Shown in pieces: positions 1 to 8,995 of a stretch of 64,000 bases of DNA. Under the pieces are notes generated by a model. That model did no database searches. It saw only the letters and a program-made list of their open reading frames with translations, and was not told the DNA's origin. The translations under genes were made by a program, and so were the position numbers. Position 1 is the stretch's first letter; each line of letters begins with the position of its first letter. The DNA comes from Candidatus Latescibacterota bacterium (lineage in GTDB: Bacteria; Latescibacterota; UBA2968; GCA-2709665). The stretch spans positions 3,552,001 to 3,616,000 of the forward strand of contig OZ244937.1 in NCBI GenBank assembly GCA_965222075.1, given 5' to 3'.

Positions 1-704
1 GTCTGAAGTTTGCAGTTGTGCAGCCGCTTTCGCCAGCGCCGCCGCGCCTCATGGAGAATATCGACGTGGGCCTGGTGCAGCCGAAACGGGATGCCGTGAA
101 AAATGGAGCGATCCCGAATATAGGGCAAATCGTAAGACTTGCCGTTGAAACTGACCACAACCCGGGCCGCCTCCAGGATATGGGAAAAATAGGCCAGCAG
201 CGCGGCCTCTTCGGTATAATCGCGCGCTAAGAGTTGTCGAATCTGAAATCCGCCTTCCGAAAAGGTGAGCGCTCCCACCAGAAACAGCGGCGTCCCCGCA
301 GAAAGGCCGGTCGCCTCAATATCCACATACAGAAGGCCCTCAGGCGCCGTCTCCGCCAGGGGGTGAAAACTGGTATGCAGACGGGTGAAGGCGTCTTTCC
401 GCTGAATCCCGGAGAACAGCCGGACATGCCGTTCTTCAAACGCCTCTCCCCCTGTTGAGAACAGGTCCTGAAACGAGCGCTCGATTAGGAAAAAACACCC
501 GGCCTCGGAACGCACCTCGGTCCCGTGGGCTACATCCTCTAAAGAGACCGTGAACCGCGCGTCCGAAGGGGTGGCAAATGCCCTTACTTCCAGATCCCTG
601 TTCGCTGCGGCTTCCTCTCCTTCGGGAGCCGCCTCTTTCCCCCCGTGGCGAAGGCTGCCCCGGTTGAGGGCGGCAATACGTTTCCGGATCTCTTTGGATA
701 GCAT
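1..704 (-). CDS. YprB/MrfB-like RNase H-fold (DEDDh-type) exonuclease, 3' end outside window
   Basis: Manual translation from ATG 704: MLSKEIRKRIAAL...LYVDIEATGLSAGTPLFLVG...QLLARDYTEEAALL...VSFNGKSYDLPYI...HVDILHEARRRW, matching RNase_H_2/YprB motifs. Missing from the ORF track because it runs off the edge. Confidence 0.8.
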   Translation of the reverse strand, partial: MLSKEIRKRIAALNRGSLRHGGKEAAPEGEEAAANRDLEVRAFATPSDARFTVSLEDVAHGTEVRSEAGCFFLIERSFQDLFSTGGEAFEERHVRLFSGIQRKDAFTRLHTSFHPLAETAPEGLLYVDIEATGLSAGTPLFLVGALTFSEGGFQIRQLLARDYTEEAALLAYFSHILEAARVVVSFNGKSYDLPYIRDRSIFHGIPFRLHQAHVDILHEARRRWRKRLHNCKLQ

Positions 705-848
705 AAGAATCACGCCGAAACAGTCGTTGCCCAAAGATAACAGGTAAACACCCGTATTTTGGAATATAGACACACCCCAGCAGAACTTGGAAGAACGAAT
801 GCAGCGAATCCGTTTGGCTGCATAAACTCATGCGAACTTCTGAAACCG

Positions 849-1766
849 CTACTCAATCAGGTTTCCAGTGTAAGAAATCCCTACCATCCAAGTAGCGCCA
901 GCGAAATACGTATGGGGGGGAGGGCCTACGGATGGGTCAGCGCGCCCGTTGATGGTCATACGCGCCGCGGCTTCGAGGCTCAGGTTTTGCTGAAGACCAA
1001 CAAGGAGCGTGGGCACCAAATAGGTGATGCGCCTGCCGGCGCTTCCGATACCATCCAATTTGAGGACAAGGTGAAGTTTGTCCACGGGACTATAGCCTGC
1101 CTCGGCGTTATAAATTAACTCGTCGTCCGGGTCGTGGTGGGTTGTACTGTTTGTCTGCCGGAGGCGATACCCCAGATCGACATTGGCGTACAGTGGGCGA
1201 GGCCAGTAGGACCGACCGACTTGCGCGATGACTTCAAAATCCCACTGGCCATCGCTTTTGGAAACCGCCTCGGGCGCGGCGCGAAATTTACCTATTGGGG
1301 CTTTGACTCCAAGTTTCAGGGTGCCCACAAAAGGTTCTTGCACGAGGTTGATCTTGGCGAAGCCGCGAACGTCACACAAACCCGATTCCCCGGCCTGACT
1401 ACCAAACATCGCTTGATGCCTATCTGCTGTAAAATCTACAAATTCCCTGCTGATGGCAGCGAGCTGCAGGCCAATGTCGGTGCGGTCGTTCACGCCGTAA
1501 AACACGTCGAGATATACCTCTTGAGCGTTGTACTGGGCGGGGAACTTACCCACACTTCCATCCTTGTCATAATGTTCCGTAGTCGATTGATACAAGCCGG
1601 TGATCTTACTCCACACCTGGCCCTTTTTTAGCGTCCAGGCACCTGCACAGACGGTCTGGTGCAGAAGGACACTGAAGGCAACGATGAGAAAAGGGATCAT
1701 GTGTGGGGTGAGTTTTCGGTACATAAACTTCAAGCACGGGTCCGAGATAAGCGTGGAAGCGCTCAC
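849..1766 (-). CDS. Exported protein, probable outer-membrane beta-barrel
   Basis: 305-aa ORF with a signal-peptide-like N-terminus (…VCAG|AWTLKKG), alternating beta-strand pattern and aromatic C-terminal strand (VGISY). Start may be at ATG 1727. Confidence 0.55.
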   Translation of the reverse strand: MSASTLISDPCLKFMYRKLTPHMIPFLIVAFSVLLHQTVCAGAWTLKKGQVWSKITGLYQSTTEHYDKDGSVGKFPAQYNAQEVYLDVFYGVNDRTDIGLQLAAISREFVDFTADRHQAMFGSQAGESGLCDVRGFAKINLVQEPFVGTLKLGVKAPIGKFRAAPEAVSKSDGQWDFEVIAQVGRSYWPRPLYANVDLGYRLRQTNSTTHHDPDDELIYNAEAGYSPVDKLHLVLKLDGIGSAGRRITYLVPTLLVGLQQNLSLEAAARMTINGRADPSVGPPPHTYFAGATWMVGISYTGNLIE

Positions 1767-1928
1767 TTTCTGCTCCTTTCTGATACGTCCCCGCGTTTTG
1801 CCAGACGGTCGCCTGGCAAATTAGAGGACAAAATTGTGATAAGGCACTTTCTCAGACACAAGGGTCTGGCCTGCTACCTGCTTGGTGGGCACGAAACGTA
1901 CAAGCCCAAAAAAGAAGTTGGGTTTGCA

Positions 1929-2852
1929 TCATCGTCTTACCTCCAAACGAACCTCTGCGGCGTAAACCGGAAGCCGCCCGACCGGACGGAACTTCTGCTT
2001 ATGCTGGCGCAATCCGGCCAGGTTCAGATCGCCGGCATCGTTAACCAGCCGATAGTCCGACAGCGACCGACAGACCTCCCAGCGCAAGTATTCCGACAGG
2101 CCCCGAACCTCGGGGTCGGTCTTGGCAATAAAAAAAGAGGCCAGATCATCCTGCATCCGCCCGCCCATTGCAAACCCAGCCACCCGCCCTTCGACCTTGA
2201 CACACCATCCCTGAAGGTCCTCCCGTGAAAATTCCCCATAACGCGCCAGAGCCGCACGCGTATATCCCCAGTCCAGAAGAAAGGCACGCCTGCGTCCCTG
2301 TCGCCGGCGCCAGTGCCTCAGCAGATCCTCACAGGCCGGAATATCCCCCTCCTCCATCTCCCGAAAATGGGCGCAAACCCCTCTTTGAAACCGGCGCAGC
2401 CGTTTGCGCAGATCCCGGTAGGGCCGCCCCAGAGCCGCGGCAACCCTGGCAGGATCGTAGAGGTACTCGGCATCTTTCAGTCGAAGTGTAAACCGGTCGG
2501 TTGGCAATCGGCGGGCATCCTCCTCGTCCACCCAGAGAATGCGGAAGGGCCGGTCGCCGTTTACCGCCATAAGGTCGTCTAAGGTGGAATCAAACGCATC
2601 GCTTGGAAAGGGAAGGGGCGGGACGAGCAAATCGATTTGAGATCCTTCCGGAGTAGTGCGCCGGACCGGCAGCCAGAGCGCATCCCCCCGCTCGACGAGG
2701 AACACCTCCCGCCCGGGAGGCAGGCTGTAGCAGCATAGAAAGGGCGCATAATAACACCACGCCCGTTTTGACGCATCGGAAAACGCCCTTCGGAGGCGAT
2801 CGGTATGTGCCGGAGTGAGCGGTTCGGACCCAAAAGGGAGATCATCGGCCAT
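1929..2852 (-). CDS. DUF2156 / phosphatidylglycerol lysyltransferase C-terminal-like (tandem GNAT fold) protein
   Basis: Motifs EYLYD…L.G..Y…R, AKTD….GLSEYL, LVNDAGDLNLAGLRQHKQKFRP are typical of DUF2156. Start overlaps the upstream stop. Confidence 0.7.
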   Translation of the reverse strand: MADDLPFGSEPLTPAHTDRLRRAFSDASKRAWCYYAPFLCCYSLPPGREVFLVERGDALWLPVRRTTPEGSQIDLLVPPLPFPSDAFDSTLDDLMAVNGDRPFRILWVDEEDARRLPTDRFTLRLKDAEYLYDPARVAAALGRPYRDLRKRLRRFQRGVCAHFREMEEGDIPACEDLLRHWRRRQGRRRAFLLDWGYTRAALARYGEFSREDLQGWCVKVEGRVAGFAMGGRMQDDLASFFIAKTDPEVRGLSEYLRWEVCRSLSDYRLVNDAGDLNLAGLRQHKQKFRPVGRLPVYAAEVRLEVRR

Positions 2853-3882
2853 GGCGTTTCCGGCTGCGCTTCCGATCTGCTGTATACAGTGCCCCCCTGT
2901 AGGGCCCCTGGATTCTGGGCCTTACATCGGATGTCGAAATCGTGCGGATCATCTGACTTATACCGGCCAGGACCTGAGCGCCCACATAGCGGTTAAAATC
3001 GGGCACAATCTCGACGGGGGCCAGTCCCATCTGCGTAAGCGCCCCAACCGCCTCGGCCGTTTCCTGGGGGCTGCGGTGCCCGAAACAGACATACCCCTGC
3101 TTACCCGCTCCGGATCGAAGGCCCGTGACACCCCGGGAAACAAACAAATCCAGCCCCTCCAGCGTATAAGGCGGATCGGTCAGAAAAACGTCGAACCGGC
3201 CGACCAGCTCGTCGGGCAGGTCCTGGCGCAGATCGTGCCTTCTTGCCTCCAGCGGGTATCCCGCCCTCCCGGCGGTGCCCCTCAGATAATCCACCAGCCG
3301 CCCATCGCATTCTAAAACAACGAGGTTCCGAACCTGGAGGCCCAGAAATTCCGAAAGCAGGCCAACCGCCAGCGAGGAAAGGTCGTCGTCTCCCAGAATC
3401 AGGACATCCCGCCCCTCCAAGGCGTCATACTCGTAGAGATACAACGCTCTGCGCAGGGCCGTCTCAGGCGTGGCGTGGGATTGGTCCAGCGTCACATCGA
3501 CCCCGGGGCGCCCTTCGCAGATTTCGCCCATGCGGTCCAGCAGCCCGCTCAAATCCGCGGGCAGAGATGGATAAAGCGGGCGGGGAAATCGCCGCCGACA
3601 GGAAAACCCCAGCACCCTTTGAACTGCCTCCACCCCCGCTTGGGTAAGGGCCATCCCGCCCTGCCGCTCCAGCACCCCCCGCCTTTCCAACTCCCCCCGA
3701 ACAGCGGCAACCACCGGAACCGGCAGCTCCACCTGCCGGGCCAGATCGCGGATGGGCACCGCGCCCTCTGTGAAGACCGCCCGGAGAACCCGCCGCACCC
3801 CTTCTGGACCTTCCGCCAAGCGGGCGGCCGCTGCCACATCGCCCAGCAATCGACCAGACCCCTGCAAATCAGCCTGTCCCAC
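2842..3882 (-). CDS. BpsA-family (bis-aminopropyl spermidine synthase, DUF43) SAM-fold protein with N-terminal wHTH-like region
   Basis: LDQSHAT.ET..RR, ILGDDDLSSL, HDLR..LP..L.GRFDVFLTDPPYT..GL.LF.SRG motifs. GTG 3882 chosen as start (ORF track gives 3924). Confidence 0.75.
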   Translation of the reverse strand: MGQADLQGSGRLLGDVAAAARLAEGPEGVRRVLRAVFTEGAVPIRDLARQVELPVPVVAAVRGELERRGVLERQGGMALTQAGVEAVQRVLGFSCRRRFPRPLYPSLPADLSGLLDRMGEICEGRPGVDVTLDQSHATPETALRRALYLYEYDALEGRDVLILGDDDLSSLAVGLLSEFLGLQVRNLVVLECDGRLVDYLRGTAGRAGYPLEARRHDLRQDLPDELVGRFDVFLTDPPYTLEGLDLFVSRGVTGLRSGAGKQGYVCFGHRSPQETAEAVGALTQMGLAPVEIVPDFNRYVGAQVLAGISQMIRTISTSDVRPRIQGPYRGALYTADRKRSRKRHGR

Positions 3883-5032
3883 CCTCACCTTCTTCTGCGC
3901 CTTCACCCTGTTCTGAACCTTCACCCTCTGAGGCTTCCCCCTCCCCTTCCGGCTCGGTGGGAGTGGGCGCTTCCTCGCTTAAATCCTCCTCTTCCCATTC
4001 CAAGAGGTTCTCATCGTCCTTTCGCTTGCGCAAAATTACATAAATCAGGCTGATCCCCGAAGCGTATGACGCCTGCACGTAGGCAATCAGAACCCCCGCC
4101 AGCAGAACGATCATCACCGCCAGAATATACCCGGCCCAGACCACCGATCCCTCAGGCGTCTTGACCCTGGACACCTGAAACATAAGGGTGGGGTCCAGCA
4201 TAGTAAAATCAAAAGGGACATAATTTTTGGCCACGGAGTACATACCCACCAGCTTCTCCCGCATAAACCACCCGCATGCCCTGTTAATCAGGCAGGCGGT
4301 CGCAACCATCAAAGCGCCCAGGATGGTCGCGCCGATCAAGACGGAAATCTTCATCCACAGCACATAAATCAGCAGCCGCCACGGCTGGCTCCAGACCATT
4401 GAGAAGGACTGGATCACAACCTCCAGCGCGTCTTCACCTACCGTACCCACAACGGCGGGCGACATCATAAAGGCCACCACAAAGGCGATCGAGATAAACA
4501 CAGCCACTAAGGCCGCGAAAAAGATCGGAATGAAAGAAACGGCGAAAAGAAGTTCGCCCACCCATGGAATGTAGTGCCCCACCAGGCCGATGAGGATGCC
4601 GGCAATCACAAAAAAGACGAAAAGAGCCAGAACCGCAATCGGCCCGAAAAGAACGCCCGTCCAGTTGGACTTGAGGAACTTCCAGGCGTCTCCCGATGAG
4701 TAGAAATCATCTTCCCTGAGCTGCTGGTAGGTAATATTACAGATCATGCACGTCGTCAGGAGGGTCACCGCCAGCCCATAGAGTATGGCGATCATGTCAA
4801 TAACTGTGCCCAGCGGCGCGTGCATGCCCGGAGCGGCGCCGGGAAAGAGACCGTACTGGTGCCAGACCCAGCTGAGATCCTTCCCGTCGGTGAGGTGGGC
4901 AACCGTGACCAGAATCGAGTAGCCCACATACGCGGCGATCAACCCACACAAGCCAACCCAGATCTTTTTCCCGGACCAGCCGAGACGAACAACGCGGAAG
5001 ATGTCACGGATATCAAAATGGAGCTTGGCCAT
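3869..5032 (-). CDS. Multi-pass integral membrane protein with acidic C-terminal tail
   Basis: ATG 5032 with GGAGG RBS, about 6-7 hydrophobic segments and an E/G-rich tail after IYVILRKRKDDE. Confidence 0.75.
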   Translation of the reverse strand: MAKLHFDIRDIFRVVRLGWSGKKIWVGLCGLIAAYVGYSILVTVAHLTDGKDLSWVWHQYGLFPGAAPGMHAPLGTVIDMIAILYGLAVTLLTTCMICNITYQQLREDDFYSSGDAWKFLKSNWTGVLFGPIAVLALFVFFVIAGILIGLVGHYIPWVGELLFAVSFIPIFFAALVAVFISIAFVVAFMMSPAVVGTVGEDALEVVIQSFSMVWSQPWRLLIYVLWMKISVLIGATILGALMVATACLINRACGWFMREKLVGMYSVAKNYVPFDFTMLDPTLMFQVSRVKTPEGSVVWAGYILAVMIVLLAGVLIAYVQASYASGISLIYVILRKRKDDENLLEWEEEDLSEEAPTPTEPEGEGEASEGEGSEQGEGAEEGEGGTG

Positions 5033-5065
5033 AAACAGCCTCCTTCGTAAAATGGCGCAGGGGAG

Positions 5066-5408
5066 GAGAGTATAAATTGAACCGTGTAAATGGCCAACAT
5101 CTCCAAAGATGCCTATCGTATGGCATCCCATCACCAAGGAGAAGAAATGGCCAAACTGGAAGATCATCTACACCACAAACGCCATTGAACCGATGAACCG
5201 GTCCTTGCGAAACATCATCAAAAACAGGGGCGCATTCCCTTCTGATGAGGCGGCCACAAAGCTGATCTATTTGGCTTTGAGGAACATTGCCAAGAGGTGG
5301 GGTCACGACCTATCCAGGACTGGAAGGCAGCGCTCAATCGCTTCGTGATTCTCTTCGAGGATCGGGTGCCACGGCCATAGCCATTTACATATTTCGGTTG
5401 ACACTCCC
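5066..5408 (+). mobile_element. Internally deleted IS256-family element (343-bp MITE-like remnant) with TIRs and 8-bp target-site duplication
   Basis: Transposase C-terminus IYTTNAIE.MNRSLR..IK.RGAFPSDEAA.KLIYLAL, then frameshifted IQDWKAALNRF.ILFEDR. Imperfect 29-bp TIRs at 5066-5094 and 5380-5408 (21/29). Direct repeat CAGGGGAG at 5058-5065 and 5409-5416. Confidence 0.9.
5069..5097 (-). promoter_or_regulatory. Outward-facing sigma70-type promoter in the IS256 left end
   Basis: Minus strand TTGGCC-N17-TATACT pointing at ATG 5032. Confidence 0.45.
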
Positions 5409-5482
5409 CAGGGGAGGGGTGCAAGACGCCGGGCCCACGGAAAATAGCACAGATTCCACAAAATTAGGCGGTTACGGCGGCT

Positions 5483-5511
5483 ATTATGCAACATTGCCCG
5501 GGGAAAGTCAA
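5483..5511 (-). promoter_or_regulatory. Sigma70-type promoter, probably native for the membrane protein-bpsA-like operon
   Basis: Minus strand TTGACT-N17-CATAAT. Confidence 0.6.
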
Positions 5512-5543
5512 GGGAAATATGGCGCAGAGGAGGGGGGGGATTT

Positions 5544-5580
5544 CGGAATGCGGACTTAAGGTTTTTCAATCCGCATTCCG
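5544..5580. repeat. Inverted repeat of TCCGCAT-type heptamer units (hairpin)
   Basis: CGGAATGCGGA (5544-5554) and TCCGCATTCCG (5570-5580). Confidence 0.6.
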
Positions 5581-5587
5581 CATGCTT

Positions 5588-6163
5588 CTATCGTTCGTCC
5601 AACGGGAAGGGAAGGGTCTGTCGAATCCGATTGAGAAAGCCTTGGAGGGGAATGCGTAGGGTGCGACGGTTGGGGGCCGGTTTAAACAGAGGCCCATCCG
5701 GAAAGGGGTTGACCCCGGTCCGAAGCAAGACGTGCGGTCCCTTTCCCTCCTCGGCCTGGACACTGTAGCACCCCTGACCAAGACCGATGGGCCAGGGCGA
5801 ACCGAAATCGTCGGGGCCGGAGAGAAAAACTACCGTCTCCTCGCCGGGTACAAATCCGGGAATGCCCAGCACGGCAACCCGTTGACTGTCTACGCTCCCT
5901 CCAGGGAGGGTAAGCACGATCTCGCCGCCCGGGTCTCCTTTAACCGAAGACAGGACCTCCAGCCGGGTCCGGGTAAAAACACTCCCCCGTTCGGCGTCCC
6001 GGAAGCTCCGGCTCTCCACACACCGGACGTGGGCAATCGTCTCTGCCCGAACACAGAGCGAGTCAAACGCAAAGCGAACAACCGATGTCGCCCCGGCCTT
6101 CTGAACAAACGCCGTGGAGAAGGCGAAGAGGGCTGAGAAAAGCACGGATCGAAACATCACCAA
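5588..6163 (-). CDS. Secreted hypothetical protein
   Basis: 191 aa with signal peptide (…KAGA|TSVV) and LPGG.VD…V.G.P.F.PGEE.VVFL…GLGQG pattern seen in uncharacterised exported proteins. Confidence 0.65.
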   Translation of the reverse strand: MVMFRSVLFSALFAFSTAFVQKAGATSVVRFAFDSLCVRAETIAHVRCVESRSFRDAERGSVFTRTRLEVLSSVKGDPGGEIVLTLPGGSVDSQRVAVLGIPGFVPGEETVVFLSGPDDFGSPWPIGLGQGCYSVQAEEGKGPHVLLRTGVNPFPDGPLFKPAPNRRTLRIPLQGFLNRIRQTLPFPLDER

Positions 6164-6250
6164 ACCTCCAAAAACAAACGTTCAACCCAGGTGATGGAAA
6201 AGAGGCGTTTCTCTTGAGACGCCTCATATCCGCTTCCGTTCCCCCTCTTT

Positions 6251-7594
6251 TTAAGGGGCCCTATCTGTGGAGGAAACGCCCATATGGCAAAAAATCTCTC
6301 GCGCCAGCGCCAGCGCGCCTTCATAGTCGCCAACAACCCCCTCAAGCTGGGCATTTTCCACAGCGGTGAGCACGCGCTTAAACGCCGGGCCTGGGGAATA
6401 TCCAAGCCGGATCAAGTCATGGCCGGTAATCAGGGAAGCCGGGCGGACCTCCTCGGGGCCGAGTTCCTCTAAGGCGGTCCGGCAGAAGGTGTAGTTCTCT
6501 AAGTTGCCGTGGCTGGCAAGGCAGTCTATGCGATGCAACTCCAAGTGGTCCTCAAATCGCTCGGTCCGAAGAAACCGTTTAAGCCTGCTTGGCCGCATCT
6601 GCCGAACGTGCATAAAGCGGTGATGGTCGGCAACCAAGCGCACAATATGTCGGGTCTGATCGGCCGAAAACCGGAGCCGGCGGCAAATGGTTTCCGCCAT
6701 CTCGGCCCCCACGCGGGTGTGATTGTAAAACCGGATCCGATCGACGATCTGGAACGTTTTAGGCTTTCCCACATCGTGCAGGAGCACACCCATGGCCAGT
6801 TCCGGGGTCGGACTCCGCATCAGACCCAGCATCATCAGGGTATGGGTCAGCACATCCCCTTCGGGGTGGAACGCCGGAGGCTGGAGCACGCCTGCAAGAT
6901 CGAGGACTTCAGGCACGATGTGGGCCATCAACCCCAGATCGATCAACCAGCGCACGCCCAGGGGCGCCCCGCCCTCTGTGAGGATCTGAATCAACTCATC
7001 ACGGAGGCGTTCGGAGCTAACCTCCGGGAGCGTTGCGCTCAAACGCCTGATGGTCTGAAACGTCTCCGGATCGATGCGCCAGGTGTACCGGCAGGCAAAC
7101 CGGACGGCCCGCATCATCCTTAAGCGGTCTTCACCAAACCGCTGCTCTGGAGGTCCGATCGTCCGGATGACCTTTAAACGCAGATCCTTCTGTCCCCCAA
7201 CATAATCAATAACCCGACCCTCGATCGGGTCGTAGAACATTCCATTGACGGTAAAATCGCGCCGGAGGGCATCTTTCCGTTCGTTCGAGAAAATAACCCG
7301 ATCCGGGCGCCGGCCGTCGCTGTAGCCCGCGTCCTTCCGAAACCGCGCCACCTCAAACGTATGTCCGCCCAGCCGGACCACCACCACCCCAAAATGCGCA
7401 CCCACCTCAAGCGCACCTGGAAAGATGCCGATCACCTCGTCGGGATCGGCATTTGTGGCAATATCGTAGTCCTGGGGCTCCTGATCCAGGAGCATATCCC
7501 GCACGCATCCCCCCGCCCACAGGGCTTGAAACCCCCGGGAATGCAGCTTGCGAACAATCTCAATCGCATGGTCGCGTACAGGTGCGGAAGGCAT
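6251..7594 (-). CDS. cca: CCA tRNA nucleotidyltransferase / poly(A) polymerase family with HD domain
   Basis: GGCVRD…DYDIAT, RRDFTVN, EDRLR, HPEGDV..H, LLHDVGK. Confidence 0.85.
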   Translation of the reverse strand: MPSAPVRDHAIEIVRKLHSRGFQALWAGGCVRDMLLDQEPQDYDIATNADPDEVIGIFPGALEVGAHFGVVVVRLGGHTFEVARFRKDAGYSDGRRPDRVIFSNERKDALRRDFTVNGMFYDPIEGRVIDYVGGQKDLRLKVIRTIGPPEQRFGEDRLRMMRAVRFACRYTWRIDPETFQTIRRLSATLPEVSSERLRDELIQILTEGGAPLGVRWLIDLGLMAHIVPEVLDLAGVLQPPAFHPEGDVLTHTLMMLGLMRSPTPELAMGVLLHDVGKPKTFQIVDRIRFYNHTRVGAEMAETICRRLRFSADQTRHIVRLVADHHRFMHVRQMRPSRLKRFLRTERFEDHLELHRIDCLASHGNLENYTFCRTALEELGPEEVRPASLITGHDLIRLGYSPGPAFKRVLTAVENAQLEGVVGDYEGALALAREIFCHMGVSSTDRAP

Positions 7595-7599
7595 CGCCC

Positions 7600-8898
7600 T
7601 TAAGAAACCGGCACAGGAACCCGCTGGATGTGTGCACCCAAAGCGCGGAGACGCTCATCAATCCCTTCATGGCCCCGATCGATCTGTTCGATATTGTCGA
7701 TCACAGTCTCCCCCTCGGCGCAGAGACTGGCGATGAGCAGGGCCATCCCGGCGCGGATATCCGGACTCCTGAGGTGTTCACCGTAGAGCTTGGAGGGGCC
7801 AACGACCACGGCGCGATGGGGATCGCAAATAATAATCTTGGCCCCCATCTCAATGAGGCGGTCCAGCCAGTACAGGCGCTGCTCAAACATCTTTTCAAAA
7901 AAGAGCACAGTACCCCGCGCCTGGGTCGCAATCACAATGGCAGTACTCATCAAGTCGGGCGGGAAACCGGGCCAGGGATCGTCGTCGATCTTCGGGATGG
8001 CATCGCCCACATCTGGAACGATTTCCAGTTTCTGGTAGTTGGGAACCACGATGTCTTCCCCTTCGATCTCCACCTCCACGCCCAGCCGACGAAAGGTCAT
8101 GAGACTGCAGCGCATGTCGGCCGGTGCGGCATTCTGGATGCGGATCTCGCCGTTGGTCACCGCGGCTACGCCGATGAAACTGCCCACCTCCATATAATCG
8201 GGGCCGATGGTGTGCACCCCCCCCCCCAGGCCCTCCACCCCGTCAACCGTCAGCTTGTTGGTCCCAATGCCCGAGACCCGGCCGCCCATCCTGTTGAGGA
8301 GATGGCAGAGCTCCTGCACGTGTGGTTCCGAAGCCGCATTTCGGATCACGGTGCGGCCTCGGGCCAGTGTGGCGGCCATCACGGCGTTTTCGGTGCCAGT
8401 CACACTGCGTTCATCCAGAAAGATGTCGGTGCCCTTCAGACCGTTGGGGGCGCGCATCTCGTAGATGTGGTTCGTCTGAATGCGGGTGCCCAGAGCCTCC
8501 AGGGCGTGCAGGTGAGTGTCCAGAGGGCGCCGGCCGATCTTGTCCCCGCCAGGACGGGGCACGGTCACCTGGCCCTGCCGGGCCAGGAGAGGCCCGGAAA
8601 ACATAAAGCCGCCCCGCGCCTTACGAAAAAGATCCGGTTTGAGGGAGGTCTTGTCGAGGGAACAAGCGCACACGGTCAGCTCGTAGGGACCGGTCTCCCG
8701 GACATCCACACCCAAATCGCGCAGGAGTTCCACAAGGGTGATCACATCACCGATGTCCGGGACGTTTTTCAGGACGACCTCCTCATCGGTGAGCAGGGTC
8801 GCAGCCAGCACGGCTAAGGCAGCATTCTTATTCCCGGCCGGCGTGACCGTCCCGGAAAGCGAATATCCCCCTTCGATGACAAACTGCTCCATAACCAT
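7600..8898 (-). CDS. murA: UDP-N-acetylglucosamine 1-carboxyvinyltransferase
   Basis: [21 protein letters not shown] (Asp at the Cys115-equivalent position), [21 protein letters not shown]. Confidence 0.93.
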   Translation of the reverse strand: MVMEQFVIEGGYSLSGTVTPAGNKNAALAVLAATLLTDEEVVLKNVPDIGDVITLVELLRDLGVDVRETGPYELTVCACSLDKTSLKPDLFRKARGGFMFSGPLLARQGQVTVPRPGGDKIGRRPLDTHLHALEALGTRIQTNHIYEMRAPNGLKGTDIFLDERSVTGTENAVMAATLARGRTVIRNAASEPHVQELCHLLNRMGGRVSGIGTNKLTVDGVEGLGGGVHTIGPDYMEVGSFIGVAAVTNGEIRIQNAAPADMRCSLMTFRRLGVEVEIEGEDIVVPNYQKLEIVPDVGDAIPKIDDDPWPGFPPDLMSTAIVIATQARGTVLFFEKMFEQRLYWLDRLIEMGAKIIICDPHRAVVVGPSKLYGEHLRSPDIRAGMALLIASLCAEGETVIDNIEQIDRGHEGIDERLRALGAHIQRVPVPVS

Positions 8899-8966
8899 TG
8901 TCCTTCGATCATCTCTTCGGAGGGGAGAATCACAGGGGATGATATGTCATTCGTGGTATAAGTTAA

Positions 8967-8995
8967 ACTATAATATATCCTTGAGGAAAATTCAA
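8967..8995 (-). promoter_or_regulatory. Sigma70-type promoter for murA
   Basis: Minus strand TTGAAT-N17-TATAGT. Confidence 0.6.

Noticed and set aside
1770-1925. Possible riboswitch upstream of the outer-membrane protein
   Set aside because: Hairpins exist (TTTGCCAG/CTGGCAAA), but no TPP, cobalamin, SAM or FMN consensus was recognised.
7453-8817. 454-aa plus-strand ORF
   Set aside because: Antisense shadow of murA with no motifs; typical of high-GC DNA.
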